Positions 22,934 to 34,507 of a stretch of 64,000 nt of DNA are shown one piece after another. Every line of letters begins with the position of its first letter. Position 1 is the first letter of the stretch. Below the pieces are notes generated by a model that was not told the origin of the DNA, ran no database searches, and worked only from the letters and a program-made list of their open reading frames with translations. Origin of the DNA: Sulfurimonas sp. (GTDB lineage Bacteria > Campylobacterota > Campylobacteria > Campylobacterales > Sulfurimonadaceae); assembly GCA_030949945.1 (NCBI GenBank), contig JAUZRZ010000057.1, positions 8,612-72,611 on the forward strand, read 5' to 3'. The translations under genes were made by a program, and so were the position numbers.

Positions 22934-23703
22934 ATGAAACACAAAAGTCTTCTCCAAAAAGGAGCCTACTTAACTCTTGCCCTCACTCTCTTAAGTGGAT
23001 GTGGTACTAAAGATATAATTCAACCTGAAATATCAAATCTTTAAATAAAATCTTATCCTCAAGAGAGAGTGCATTACAAAAGAGAGTTGATGAGTATAAA
23101 AATACTCTTAGTGAGTATGAAGAGAGTTTAAAGCAAAAAACAGATGAACTTTATATTGAAAAAAGCTTCACTCAAAACCCAGATGGAATATATAGCGATA
23201 CATTTCATAATAAAACACTCTATTATAGACTGCTTGCTCCTGATAGCATAAAAACTAAAGAGAAAAATCTTGATATTACTTATCAAATTATTGATGTTGA
23301 TTTTGAAGAGGTATATCCTAGCTTCAAGCATAAGAACAAGGAATTGTCCATAAGTTTTAATCCAGAGACTCAAATACTTACATATGAGAACTTAACAAAA
23401 CAATATATTCAAATTAACTCTATTAACCTCTACTATCAAAATGGAGTTTATGATATTGCATCAAGTCAAACAACAAACTTTTCTACAGAATTATCCCCTG
23501 AATCAAAGGTAAATCTAAATGTATCGTATCAATTAAGCAAGGTTAATGAATCTTCTTATAAACATACAACAAAGAAAAAAGCACTTGCTGAAAAAATAAA
23601 ATTTGGTTTTGCTATTAAATATACTGTAGGAGATAGCACAAGAAATAAAACACTCTACAAACGCGATACAACAAACCTGTATGCACTTATAAAAGATAAA
23701 TAA
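22934..23703 (+). CDS. Hypothetical lipoprotein (frameshift near 23040)
   Basis: ATG at 22934 with RBS AAGGA, MKHKSLLQKGALLTLALTLLSGC lipobox; continues into ORF 23344-23703. Confidence 0.6.
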
Positions 23704-23742
23704 TAGGTTTTACAGCTAAAAATAACTGCTAATATTTAGCAG

Positions 23743-24282
23743 TTATAAAAAGTAACGAATAGAAGCAAATCCGTATGCTCCACTTTTTTCTACTTCTTTT
23801 ACTTGTTCCTCTGTTATGATGCCACCGAGTGCAAAAACTTTTAGGGATGTAGCGTTAACAATGTTTTGCAAGTCATGAACACCCTTAGGTTCACCCTTGT
23901 TTGGAGTACTAAAGATTGGGCTATATGTAACATAGTCTGCTCCTAACTCCTCTGCGTTTAGTACCTCTTCTTTGGTATGACATGAGATTATGACCTCTAA
24001 CCCGAGCTCTTTTGCTGTAGTTATATCATCAAACTGCAAAGATGTTAAGTGCACACCTACTGCATTTAGTTCTCTCTGCGAGTCTGTAATCTTGATGAAG
24101 AAATGCTTTTAAGTCTGGAACTAGCTTACACATTTGTACAAAGTTTTGAGCATGAAAAGCATACTCTTTACTCTCTTTGTCTCTGTAGAGTGCAAATGCA
24201 GGTCGATGTTTTCTTAGTTGTAGAAATGAGGGCACTGCAGTTATCAGATATTTTTTTAAATCTATTATGTTTTTTCCTTCAT
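23743..24282 (-). CDS. Thiamine phosphate synthase (ThiE/TenI-like), with indels
   Basis: YLIT, LYRDK, GVHLTS, SCH, YSPIFSTPNK and ALGGI motifs. Confidence 0.82.
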
Positions 24283-24321
24283 TCGTTTTAAATATTATAT
24301 CAAAATACGATATACTAAAGT

Positions 24322-25299
24322 ATGATAAATGTTAATACTGCTAAAACACTCAACATCATTTTACCAAATACAAACAAAGCACTGAGTGAAGTACTAAAAT
24401 CCATCACACCCAAAGAGCTTGAAACTCTCTCTCAAGCTAAAGACTTAAAGTCCATAATCAACGGACTTTTGCAACAAAAAGTAAATGACTCTAGTGGCGA
24501 TGCAAAACTGCTTACTCTACTCAAAAACAACCCTACATTTAAAGAACTTAGTAGTGTAAGCAGTAGTATAAAAGAGTTACTGCAAACTCTACAAAAAGAG
24601 AAAACTACTCTTCCTCTTGAGAAACAACTAAAATCTTTTTTAAGTAATATGCAAACTATAAGTGAGTCAGATTTAAAAATGAAGATAGAAAACTCTGGAG
24701 TTTTTTTAGAAAGTAAGATAAAACAACTTTTTGATAAAAGTATTCCACTAAGCAAACCTGAACTTCTCCAAATACAGGCATCTGCAAAAGAAATTTTTTC
24801 TCACGACCTTAAAGCTATTTTACTCAAAGCCCATGAAGAGTTACAAAACTCCTCTTTGCCAAACAGACAAGAAATTTTAAAACATATAGACAAACTCACA
24901 TTACAGATTGATTATCATCAACTCCTTTCACACTTAGAAAATGCAACTTCACTTTATATTCCTTACTCTTGGGATGCCCTTAAAGATGGAAACATCACTA
25001 TAAAAAGTGCTAAAGATGATAAGTTTTTTACAGATATAGAGTTACACTTAAAAGAGTATGGAATGCTTAAGCTGCGTTTAGGGATGTTTGAGAAAAACCA
25101 GCTAAATATAAATATAACAGTAGAGAGTAAAGAGTTAAAAAAAATACTTCAAGATAATATTCCAACACTTAAAGAGCAACTCTTTGGAGTAAATATAGTA
25201 CCTGTAAGTATTCGTTTTTTAGATGATGACACTGCTCTTTCTTCTCTCTACAGTGAGCATGACCAAGAGCTAAATGCAGGGTTTGAGGTAAAAGTATGA
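24322..25299 (+). CDS. Flagellar hook-length control FliK C-terminal-like protein
   Basis: ENSGVFLESK and IELHLKEYGML; adjacent to a FlhB-like gene. Confidence 0.7.
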   Translation: MINVNTAKTLNIILPNTNKALSEVLKSITPKELETLSQAKDLKSIINGLLQQKVNDSSGDAKLLTLLKNNPTFKELSSVSSSIKELLQTLQKEKTTLPLEKQLKSFLSNMQTISESDLKMKIENSGVFLESKIKQLFDKSIPLSKPELLQIQASAKEIFSHDLKAILLKAHEELQNSSLPNRQEILKHIDKLTLQIDYHQLLSHLENATSLYIPYSWDALKDGNITIKSAKDDKFFTDIELHLKEYGMLKLRLGMFEKNQLNINITVESKELKKILQDNIPTLKEQLFGVNIVPVSIRFLDDDTALSSLYSEHDQELNAGFEVKV

Positions 25300-25550
25300 G
25301 TAAAGAAAAAGCAGTAGCACTAAAGTACGACAAAGAATCTAATCAAGCTCCAAAGCTCACAGCGAAAGGTGAAGGTTTCACAGCACAAAACATCATAAAA
25401 ATAGCAAAACTTCATGAAATCCCCATCAAAAAAGATGAAGACCTAGTAGAGATGCTCTCAAAACTAGAGATAGACCGTGAAGTCCCAGCAGAGATGTATA
25501 AAGCAATCGCTGAAGTTTTTTCTTATGTTTATAAGCTTACAAATAAATAA
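25296..25550 (+). CDS. FlhB cytoplasmic-domain-like protein (EscU/YscU/FlhX type)
   Basis: AVALKYD..APKLTAKG..VPAEMYKAIAEV. Confidence 0.92.
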   Translation: MSKEKAVALKYDKESNQAPKLTAKGEGFTAQNIIKIAKLHEIPIKKDEDLVEMLSKLEIDREVPAEMYKAIAEVFSYVYKLTNK

Positions 25551-25556
25551 CTTTTA

Positions 25557-26578
25557 CTATCCCATAGGATAAAGAATCTCTTGATGAACCCTCTCACAAG
25601 CTTTTATAACCTCATCACTCAAAGTTAAATCCATAGCTGCCAAAGTCGCATCAAGTTGTTCTGGAGTTGTAGCACCTATGATTGTTGATGCCACAAAAGA
25701 GAACTGTTTTGACCATGCTGTAGCCATAGTTACAGGATGCAGTCCTGCATCATTTGCAATTTTAAGATACTTTTGTACAGAAGCTAGTGCTCTATCATTT
25801 GCAAAACGTTCTGCCATAGAACGCTGACGGAGATCTTTAGAGTTCATATATGTAGCAAAACGACCTTCTGTGTTGTTTGGCTGGTTGTACTTACCACTTA
25901 AAACACCTCCACCTAAAGGAGAGTATGGAAGTAGTGAGACCTGTTCTTTTTCACATAAGATTGAGAGTTCATCTAAAAAACGGCGATTTAGGAGTGAAAA
26001 GTTGTTTTGAATAGACTCAAATCTTGCATATCCTTTCATCTCACTTGTCATAAGTGCTTTAGTTGTCCCATAAGCAGTGTCGTTTGAAGTTCCAAGGTAA
26101 CGAACTTTTCCGCTTGTAACGAGTCTATCAAAGGCTTTCAGGCTCTCCTCTATAGGCACAAGTGTATCAGGCCAGTGCATCTGATATAAATCAATATAGT
26201 CTGTACCTAAACGCTTTCAAACTCCCTTCCACGGCTCGTTCTATATGAAAACTATCAATAGCTGTCATACCATGTCTAATAGGTGGTACAAAACCAACCA
26301 TTTGCAGCACCTGCAACCTTTGTTGCTAAGATGATACTATCACGAGGTTTAGTTTTGAGCCATCGCCCAACTATCTCCTCTGTCAAACCTGCAAGCTTTC
26401 CTGAGGGAGGTACTGGATAGAGTTCAGCAGTGTCGTAAAAATTTACACCTGCATCATAAGCTTTATCCATGATAGCAAATGCCACTTTCTCATCTGGTGT
26501 TTGAGTACCAAAGGTCATCGTTCCCATGCAGATAGGACTCACTCTTAATCCTGTTTTACCTATGTATCTATACTTCAT
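25557..26578 (-). CDS. Aldo/keto reductase (Tas-like), with indels
   Basis: [23 protein letters not shown] and [13 protein letters not shown] motifs. Confidence 0.92.
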
Positions 26579-26600
26579 AAAAAACCTTTAATTAATAAAC

Positions 26601-29322
26601 TTACTTCAACTCACTCCAGTTATCCCCGATATTTAAACTAGCTTTTAGTGGAACATTTAATTCCATTATCGTGTCCATAATATCTCTAAACCTATTTCCT
26701 AGAACTTCAGCTTCTTCTGCGTTTACTTCAAAGATAAGCTCATCGTGAATTTGGAGTAACATTTTGGCATTTAGGTTTTCTTTCTCGATAACTTCATGGA
26801 TTTTATTCATACTTAGTTTTATAAGGTCAGCTGCACTTCCTTGAAAAACTGAGTTTACACTTTCTCTCTCGTAAGCCGCTCTAAACATTGGTGTCGCGTT
26901 TTCATAGTCAAAGTAACGACGGCGTTTAAGGAGTGTTTCTACATATCCTTTCTCTTTTGAAGAGTCCACTATACTTCTAAAGTAAGACTTCACAGTAGGA
27001 AAAGACTCAAAGTACTTCTCTATAATCTCTTTTGCCTCTTTAGTGGTGATACCTAAGGTATCTGAGAGTTTTTTAGGTCCCATTCCATAGAGTAGTCCAA
27101 AGTTTACAGTTTTTGCAATACTTCTTTTTTGAGCAGCCTCTTCTTCACCAAAAAGGACAACAGCAGTTTGTAAGTGAATATCTTTATCATTCTTAAAAGC
27201 ATTTACTAAAACATCATCTTGTGAGTAGTGTGCAAGTAAACGCAACTCTATCTGAGAGTAGTCAATACCTATAAGCTTTTTACCCTCACCTGCTACAAAT
27301 GCCTGACGGATTTTTGCACCTATAGGTGTTCTTGTTGGTATATTTTGTAGGTTAGGGTTTTTTGAACTTAAACGCCCAGTTGCCGTTCCAGTCTGCACAA
27401 AAGAGGTGTGAATTCGACTTCTTTTACTCTCTTTACTGAGTTTTAAAAGTGGTTCTATGTAAGTTGAGTAGAGTTTATAAACTTCTCTGTACTCTAAAAG
27501 TTTTGGGATGATTTCATGAGCATCTAGCAAGCCACTAAGAACCTTCTCATCAGTAGAGTAACCCGTTTTAGTTTTTTTACCCACAGGAAGCTCAAGAGTC
27601 TCAAAAAGTATAAGACCTAACTGTTTAGTCGAGTTGATGTTAAACTCACTACCAGCTAACTCGTAGATACTCGTAGTAAGCCCTGCTAGTGTCTCCTTAA
27701 CCTCAACAAGAAACTTCTCTAAAAAGGAGCCATCTATTTCTATGCCCTCTTTTTCCATTGTTAAAAGTGTTTTTATAAAAGGAAACTCTACCTCTTTTGC
27801 TTCATCTATAAGATGTGTCGCACTTTGGAGTTCTAACTTCTCTAAAAAAAGATTGTAAAGTTTTGCAGTGATATAGGCATCTTCAGCTGCATATTTACAA
27901 GCATCCACTAGCTCTACACCAGCAAATGTTTCCCCTTTTTTTACAGTATCTTTAAAAGACAGCATTTTATGACCTAAAAGAGCATCACTTAGTTTATCAA
28001 GCGCAAGAGAAGAGTTAGAGTTGATGAGCCAAGCTAAAATCATACTATCAGCATAAACTTCAAGTGAGTCATCTTCTAAAAATCGAGTCACAAAATGCAA
28101 GTCAAATTTAATATTATGTCCTACAACTTTAGAATTAAATATCTTACGTATAGCAGACTTAGCATCTTCTTCGCTTATTTGATCAGGAACTCCAAGATAA
28201 AAATGAGCAGAATGGAACATAATAAGCCTCTTCATCATTACTGCAAAAACTAAAACCTACAAGTTTATCTTTATCATAATCTAAACCTGTTGTCTCCGTA
28301 TCAAATGCGACTATCGTATCGGGAGTAAACTTTTCAAGCACTGCATTTAACTCTTTTATGTCTGTTAGAAGTGTCGCTTTAAACTCTAACTTCACACCAT
28401 AGTCTTCTTCTTCAACTGCTATAGCTTGTGCGGTATTCTCGCGTTTTTCATCACTGACCTGATTTCTTGCATGTAAGACTCGAAGTATTGCATTTTGTTC
28501 ATACTTCACTAACTCATCATAGATATTTAAAAAAGGATTTTCTATATCCATTTTATACTCTTCTAAGTCTATACTTTCAAATACATCCTGTCTTAATGTT
28601 ACAAGCTCTTTAGACATATATGCCTGTTCTTTACTCTCAAGAAGCTTTTTCTGTGTTGCCCCTTTTATCTCTTGTATATGTGCATAGATATTGTCTAAGT
28701 CTCCATACTCTTTAAGTAGTTTTTCGGCTCCTACCTTTCCTATCCCTCTTACACCAGGAACATTATCAGCACTATCACCAAGTATAGCTTGATAATCTAT
28801 AAACTGTTTGGGTGTCACTCCATACTTCTCAAAACAAGCCTTCTCATTTACAGACTTGCGTTTAATAGCATCTACTATCACGACTCTATCATCATCTATT
28901 AACTGATAAAGGTCTTTGTCGTGTGAAACTACACGCACACTATGACCTTGTTGAGATGCTAGGTTTGTTACAGTCGCTATCATATCGTCTGCCTCAAATC
29001 CCTCCATACCTAGCGTCTTATAACCCATCTTATCTATCCACTCTATAGCTACGGGGAGTTGCATAGAGAGTTCTGGAGGTGGTGCTGAGCGATTTGCCTT
29101 ATAGTTAGGGTCTATCTCATTACGAAATGTTGGTCCCTTTGTATCTATGGCAAAAATAATGTAGTCACTATCATGCTCTTTTTGCAGAGTTGCTATAAAG
29201 TTTGTAAAACCTGTGAGAAGACCAGTAGGAAAACCATCTTTGTTTTTAAGATGTTGAGGAAGGGCATAAAAGCTTCTAAAAAAGAAACCAAAAGTATCTA
29301 TAATTGTAACTGTTTTACTCAT
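26601..29322 (-). CDS. polA: DNA polymerase I (frameshift near 28220)
   Basis: 5'-3' exonuclease (EADD, GDSADNVPG), FDTETTG, TGRLSS, DYSQIELR and QIHDEL. Confidence 0.97.
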
Positions 29323-30140
29323 TAATTTTCTTCCATAAGATCTAAAATTTCATCAAGCATATCTTCTAATACTTCATAATCATACCCAGCATCTCTAGCT
29401 TTGCGTAATCCAAAGTTTATGGATCCCTCACCAAATGGTTTGTTGATAGGAACTATTGTTTTTACAATGTTTAGAGCAGTTGCATACTCTTTTATATTCT
29501 CTGGTGCTTCAGATGGCTTGTCTGCATACTTAATCATCTCTATAAACTCTTCATCAAAATTCCAGTGCTCAAACACAGCAGCAGTAATCTCAGAAGCTGT
29601 TACACCTACATAAGATTTTTCAACTTGAGCGACATTGTTTGTTGTTTCTATTTCAGACTTAAAACTCACATCTTCATCTTCTTGAATAATATCACTAGAG
29701 ATTAAAATTTTTCCTGTCTCTTGTAAAAATGCAGCAAGATAAAGCTTATCTGCTTTTTCTTTATCTATAGTGTTATACCAAGAGAGTATTAGTTTAGCTT
29801 GTTTTGCTGAAACATCTGCAAAGTCATCACTTGTAACACCATAAGGTTTCATATCTACATTTAAAAGTTTTCTTACAGAATTTCCTACTGCAATCGAGCG
29901 AGTCATATTCATACCAAAAAGACTAACTGCTTGTGAAACATTACGTATTTGACTTCCAAATCCATATAAAGGTGAATTTGCTGATTTAATAAGATTTGCA
30001 ACAATCATAGGATCAGGCTCAATCACCTTCGCTAAATCTGCTATGCAAGAATTCTCATCTGCATAGACTTTGTTAATATCCATAATTGTTTTTGAAAGAG
30101 GAGGAAGAGCCTTTATACTCTCTACAATAGAGTTTTTCAT
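29322..30140 (-). CDS. HDOD domain protein
   Basis: LPPL, DPMIVANLIKSANSPLYG and HWNF. Confidence 0.9.
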   Translation of the reverse strand: MKNSIVESIKALPPLSKTIMDINKVYADENSCIADLAKVIEPDPMIVANLIKSANSPLYGFGSQIRNVSQAVSLFGMNMTRSIAVGNSVRKLLNVDMKPYGVTSDDFADVSAKQAKLILSWYNTIDKEKADKLYLAAFLQETGKILISSDIIQEDEDVSFKSEIETTNNVAQVEKSYVGVTASEITAAVFEHWNFDEEFIEMIKYADKPSEAPENIKEYATALNIVKTIVPINKPFGEGSINFGLRKARDAGYDYEVLEDMLDEILDLMEEN

Positions 30141-30192
30141 AGATCTAAACCTTATATATAATTTTAGTAAATTATAGCGAAATTAATATTTA

Positions 30193-30900
30193 TTAGTGGC
30201 AATGATGTTCTACTTCTGGTGGCATAGTTACAAAGTTATAACCATGATAAATTGTAAATACCCCATAAAGGATAACAACAATAGCAGAGAGGCTCATCAT
30301 CATATTTCTAAAACTTGTAGCTTGAGCTAGTGAGGCTAAAAACCCGAGACTAAACATTGCAGGAATTGTACTTAGACCAAAGATAGCCATAACTAAAGCA
30401 CCATACAGAGGGTCAGCGGTACTTGCAGCTGTAATGGCAAAAAAGTAAACAAAACCACATGGGAGCAGTCCATTTAACATACCTAAAACAAAAAAGCTAC
30501 TATTTGATTTTGAGTTAAGTATTTTTTTAAATGTCTTTTTATAAAAAGATGAAGAAGAAAAAGAGTGCTCTATTAGTGTTAAAAATTTTAATTTTCCCAT
30601 TAAAGAGAGTCCTGCTAAGACCATAGCAACTCCAGCAACTATAAGAAGAACTCCATTTGAATAGTTAGAAAAACGAACTACTTTTCCTAAACTACCAAAA
30701 ATTACACCTAAGATAGAGTATGTGAAGACCCGTCCAAAAGAGTAAAGTAAATGTGCAATAGTTTTAGATACTTTTGAGCTTTGCGGTTGTATTTTAATAC
30801 TTGAATATGCAAAGACAATACCACCACACATACCAATACAATGTCCAAAAGAGCCTAAAAACGCGATACTAATTATTGTTAAAAGATTTATTGTTTCCAT
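30193..30900 (-). CDS. Sulfite exporter TauE/SafE / DsbD_2 family membrane protein
   Basis: GHCIGMCG, GRVFTY, GLLPCG and FGLST motifs; His-rich tail. Confidence 0.85.
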   Translation of the reverse strand: METINLLTIISIAFLGSFGHCIGMCGGIVFAYSSIKIQPQSSKVSKTIAHLLYSFGRVFTYSILGVIFGSLGKVVRFSNYSNGVLLIVAGVAMVLAGLSLMGKLKFLTLIEHSFSSSSFYKKTFKKILNSKSNSSFFVLGMLNGLLPCGFVYFFAITAASTADPLYGALVMAIFGLSTIPAMFSLGFLASLAQATSFRNMMMSLSAIVVILYGVFTIYHGYNFVTMPPEVEHHCH

Positions 30901-30967
30901 AATTAAGGATTCCTTATGTTTCTTATATTATATACGAATAATGTTACAGTAGTGTTAAATTAAGTTT

Positions 30968-31453
30968 TTAATCACGTCTCTTTTTACCCTTACCTGCATC
31001 ATCATATGATAAAAAACGATATAAATCTTCATGCATCTGTTCATCTAAAGTATCCCAAATAGCACTTTTTTTAGCGAAACGTTCTAAATCCTCTGTTTTA
31101 GACTTTCTAATATCACGTATAAGATAATGATAACGCACCAGTTTTTTTGTGTATTCACTTACAAAAGGCCAGTTTTTTATTATTTGATAACTTCGCTCTT
31201 CATGGTCAGTAAAGCTCCACTCGTTAAAATCATAGTCCTCTTTATCTTTTTTAAATGCTGTAAAAGGTTTACCCACATCATGAAGCAATCCAGCTCCAAT
31301 CATTTTAAATTCTCCCGCTTTGATACAGTAGTAAGTAACTCTTAAAGTATGTACAAAAACTCCATGTTGATGCCATTTATTTTGAACTATAAACAGTGAA
31401 GATAAAAAAGCCTTACTCCATATCTTGTTATATACATCACTACTACTATGCAT
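30968..31453 (-). CDS. HD domain protein
   Basis: HT..LLHDVGK..HE..H..D pattern. Confidence 0.85.
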   Translation of the reverse strand: MHSSSDVYNKIWSKAFLSSLFIVQNKWHQHGVFVHTLRVTYYCIKAGEFKMIGAGLLHDVGKPFTAFKKDKEDYDFNEWSFTDHEERSYQIIKNWPFVSEYTKKLVRYHYLIRDIRKSKTEDLERFAKKSAIWDTLDEQMHEDLYRFLSYDDAGKGKKRRD

Positions 31454-31528
31454 ACAAAGGCTCCTTTTTTAATATAAAATCTCAATTAAAGTGATTTTAT
31501 CCCAATACTCTTTACCTAATATTAGCAC

Positions 31529-31684
31529 CTAGTATTACAGAATTTTCTTAAAAAATCCTCTTTTTTATAGCTTTAGGGGGTTGTAGGAACTTTGTCCCTG
31601 CGACTATAAGGGGCTTCTGGCACTAAATGCCATACCACTGTCACTAAAGTGTGTGGTGCTGCTCCTTCTAGTCCGTAACATCAG
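31529..31684 (-). mobile_element. MITE-like repeat, reverse orientation, with a 43-bp insert; overlaps the recombinase stop codon
   Basis: Reverse complement of the 11425 element, with extra sequence at 31618-31660 in the GCGAAGC loop. Confidence 0.85.
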
Positions 31685-32501
31685 TACCTGACATTGGATG
31701 ACAGACTTCAAGTGTTTCTTTAAGATTTTGTTTTTGAATGTGGGTGTAAATTTGTGTGCTAATCAGGGAAGAGTGACCTAGCAGTTCTTGAACAACTCGT
31801 AAATCTGCTCCACCTGTTATGAGTGATGTAGCATAGGAGTGGCGAAGTACATGAGGGGAGACACCGAGGTATTTTTGTGTGATTTTATAGGCACTTATTC
31901 GGCTAAGACTTTTGTTTTTATAATTTAACCAGATTAACTCACTCTCAAATGGCATCATACTTTTATAAACTTCTATCGCCTTAATAGCTACTTTTGCTAA
32001 AGGAACTATACGCTCTTTTTCCCCTTTTGCATGTAAAATATGTAACCACTCTCCTTGTATATCCTCTCCTCTAAGTGCTAAACACTCACTAATTCTTGTC
32101 CCACTTGCATATAAAAAAAGTATAAGTGCATAGTCTCTTGCTCCTATCCAACTACTTCTATCTATCAAAGAGAGACCTGCTTTTACTTTCTCATAAGATA
32201 AAAATTTTGGTAGTAGTTTAGGAATTTTTGCAAATTTTAGTTTATCATTTTTTTCACTGAAGTGTTTTTTATAACAAAAGTCAAAAAAAGCATTCACGGA
32301 TGAGAGTTTTCTATTGAGTGTGCGTTTATTTGAATAAATTGAGAGTATTGAGAGAAGTTTTTGAGAGTTTAGAGATAATAGTGTTGCACCTGTTTTCTCT
32401 TCTATCTGCAGTAAGTCACTTCTGTAAGCCTCTACACTTCGACTAGATAAAGCACGAGTAACACTAATGTACTCTAAAAATGCTTCAAGCTCATTGGACA
32501 T
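31668..32501 (-). CDS. xerD: Tyrosine recombinase, XerD-like
   Basis: YASGTRISE, KGEKER, SPHVLRHSYAT and QELLGH..TQIYTH (complete R-K-H-R-H-Y set). Confidence 0.8.
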   Translation of the reverse strand: MSNELEAFLEYISVTRALSSRSVEAYRSDLLQIEEKTGATLLSLNSQKLLSILSIYSNKRTLNRKLSSVNAFFDFCYKKHFSEKNDKLKFAKIPKLLPKFLSYEKVKAGLSLIDRSSWIGARDYALILFLYASGTRISECLALRGEDIQGEWLHILHAKGEKERIVPLAKVAIKAIEVYKSMMPFESELIWLNYKNKSLSRISAYKITQKYLGVSPHVLRHSYATSLITGGADLRVVQELLGHSSLISTQIYTHIQKQNLKETLEVCHPMSGTDVTD

Positions 32502-33506
32502 CTATTGAGTCAAGATTTTCTTATCGTTTACAAAAAAAGCTTTATCAGAAGTAAAAACAAAACCATCATCAAAATCAACTTCATGTACTGTATAATCAAA
32601 ACTTTTTTTATCTAAAACAATAAGATAACCCTCTTTTTCCAAGACATATAATTTATCACCATTGCTAACCATTGAGTAGAAGTGTGCAAATGGAAATTTC
32701 ACCTTAGATTCTACTTGTAGGCTCGGTGTTAGAGAGATAACCTCACCCTGCTTTGTAGCGATAAATATTTTATCTTTGTCATATACAATATTTCTAATTT
32801 CATACTTAACACGAATCTCTTTTTTTGCCATAGAGAGTATCTTATACGATGTTGCTGCAATAATTTTATTTTCTAAAAGTTCAAAAGCTATAACATTATT
32901 AAAATTATCTTCAGATGAGACTATTACCGTTCGGAGTCTCTTCTTTGTTGTATTGTTTACAAATATAACTTTTCCATCAAGAGTAGGAAAAAGTACTAAA
33001 CCCTTCATAAAAAAAGGATTTACTATTCGAGAGTCAACTGCAAGAGACTTTCCACCCTGCTCTTTAAAAAGTGCACTTTTTGTTTTCATATCGTAAAGTG
33101 CTATTTCATTATCTGTAAAAATTACGGCTAGATCATTACCAAGAACTGAAGCACCTGCAACACTCTTTTTAAGAGAGAAGTTTTTAACTATGCTAGTATT
33201 GGTCTCTAAAATTAGACTTAGGTTCCCATCAACAGATGCACTTATAATCCAACCATCACTGTGTGATATAAGTCTATGAAGTGGGTTAATTTTCACATCT
33301 ACTACACCATTATGAGTAAGAACTGTTCTATCTTCTAAGAGAGCCACATTTGAAGATGTGTCAATTATGGTGTGCTTTGATTTTTCGTATGCTTCCCAAT
33401 CACTGCCTAGTTGCAATGGTTCAAATACTTCTTTAGAACTACAAGCAGAGAACAATACAAGAAATATTGTACTGACTAAAAAATATTTACTACAATAAAT
33501 TTTCAA
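32502..33506 (-). CDS. Beta-propeller lipoprotein (BamB/PQQ-like, PgbB-like)
   Basis: Lipobox FSAC and repeated beta-blade-like segments (PTLDGKVIFV, ATKQGEVISL). Confidence 0.65.
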   Translation of the reverse strand: MKIYCSKYFLVSTIFLVLFSACSSKEVFEPLQLGSDWEAYEKSKHTIIDTSSNVALLEDRTVLTHNGVVDVKINPLHRLISHSDGWIISASVDGNLSLILETNTSIVKNFSLKKSVAGASVLGNDLAVIFTDNEIALYDMKTKSALFKEQGGKSLAVDSRIVNPFFMKGLVLFPTLDGKVIFVNNTTKKRLRTVIVSSEDNFNNVIAFELLENKIIAATSYKILSMAKKEIRVKYEIRNIVYDKDKIFIATKQGEVISLTPSLQVESKVKFPFAHFYSMVSNGDKLYVLEKEGYLIVLDKKSFDYTVHEVDFDDGFVFTSDKAFFVNDKKILTQ

Positions 33507-33509
33507 AAC

Positions 33510-34106
33510 TTACTTTACTCCGTAGTGCATTAAAGCTTTGGCCACCTGAGAAAGGGGTGAGTCTATATTTATCATACTTAAAATCTCTCGTGCTTGAGCT
33601 ATTTTTTTCTCATTCATCAAAATAACTGCTTCTTGAACTCTCGCCAAATCAGCATAGATAGCATCTTGTTTATTAGCATATGAATGCAAACTTTGAGTAT
33701 CTTTAGAATTTTGTGCTACTTCGTATGAAGACAAGTCAGCGATAAGCAATGCTTTAGAGTTTTTCAATTTCTCTAAAGTTTGCATATCTTTATTTATGAT
33801 AGCTTGTGAATATAACCATACACTACTAAGGGCAGGACTTAAAGACTCCAGCCTTGCAAGTGTTGCTGCATTATCTGGATTTTTTTGTAACTGAGCTAAT
33901 GCCATATTGGCTGAATCAATACTGTTTTGTTTATTAACAGTATATGCAATATTTCCCCCAACAAAAAGAACAATAGCTACGACACTGCCAATCATAAGGT
34001 TCTTATATTTTTTTACAAACTTCTCTGTTACTACTGCTTTTTCAAAAAACTTCTCCTCAGAAGTTAACTCATCTTTTACCATCTCAATGTCAGTTTTTAA
34101 GCTCAA
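33510..34106 (-). CDS. YfgM-like membrane-anchored helical/TPR protein
   Basis: Acidic N-terminus, FVKKYK followed by a single transmembrane helix, then a helical domain. Confidence 0.55.
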   Translation of the reverse strand: MSLKTDIEMVKDELTSEEKFFEKAVVTEKFVKKYKNLMIGSVVAIVLFVGGNIAYTVNKQNSIDSANMALAQLQKNPDNAATLARLESLSPALSSVWLYSQAIINKDMQTLEKLKNSKALLIADLSSYEVAQNSKDTQSLHSYANKQDAIYADLARVQEAVILMNEKKIAQAREILSMINIDSPLSQVAKALMHYGVK

Positions 34107-34210
34107 AAAATATCCTTATCTATAAAAAGTTTCTAATATTATCGCATTAATTGTTAATATTTTATCAAACTATGATAAAATTAACTCAAATAACTAATAT
34201 AGGAATTTAA

Positions 34211-34500
34211 ATGCAAGTAGATGATGCACTACTATCAAAACTAGAAAAATTATCTTTTTTAAAAATAAATGATGATAAACGAGAAGAAATTAAAGAACAA
34301 CTTTCAGAAATAGTAAGCTTTGTTGATAATCTTAGTAACTTAAATACAGATGGTGTTGATGATAAGTTTGCTATGAGCGATGCAAGCACAAAGCTTCGTG
34401 AAGACAGAGTTGCATCTAGTCAAGAGATAAGTGAAGATATTTTAAGTCATGCACCTAATAGTGCAGATAACTTTTTATCGTTCCAAAAATCATAGAGTAA
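34211..34500 (+). CDS. gatC: Asp/Glu-tRNA amidotransferase subunit C (terminal frameshift)
   Basis: KLEKLSFL..LRED; the alternative frame restores IVPKIIE*. Confidence 0.93.
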
Positions 34501-34507
34501 CTCCTTA

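Noticed and set aside
30942-30960. TGTTA direct repeat upstream of the TauE-like gene
   Set aside because: Too short to distinguish from chance in AT-rich DNA.
31668-32501. Recombinase as a prophage or island integrase
   Set aside because: It is coupled to housekeeping envelope genes, with no tRNA, att sites or phage genes nearby.
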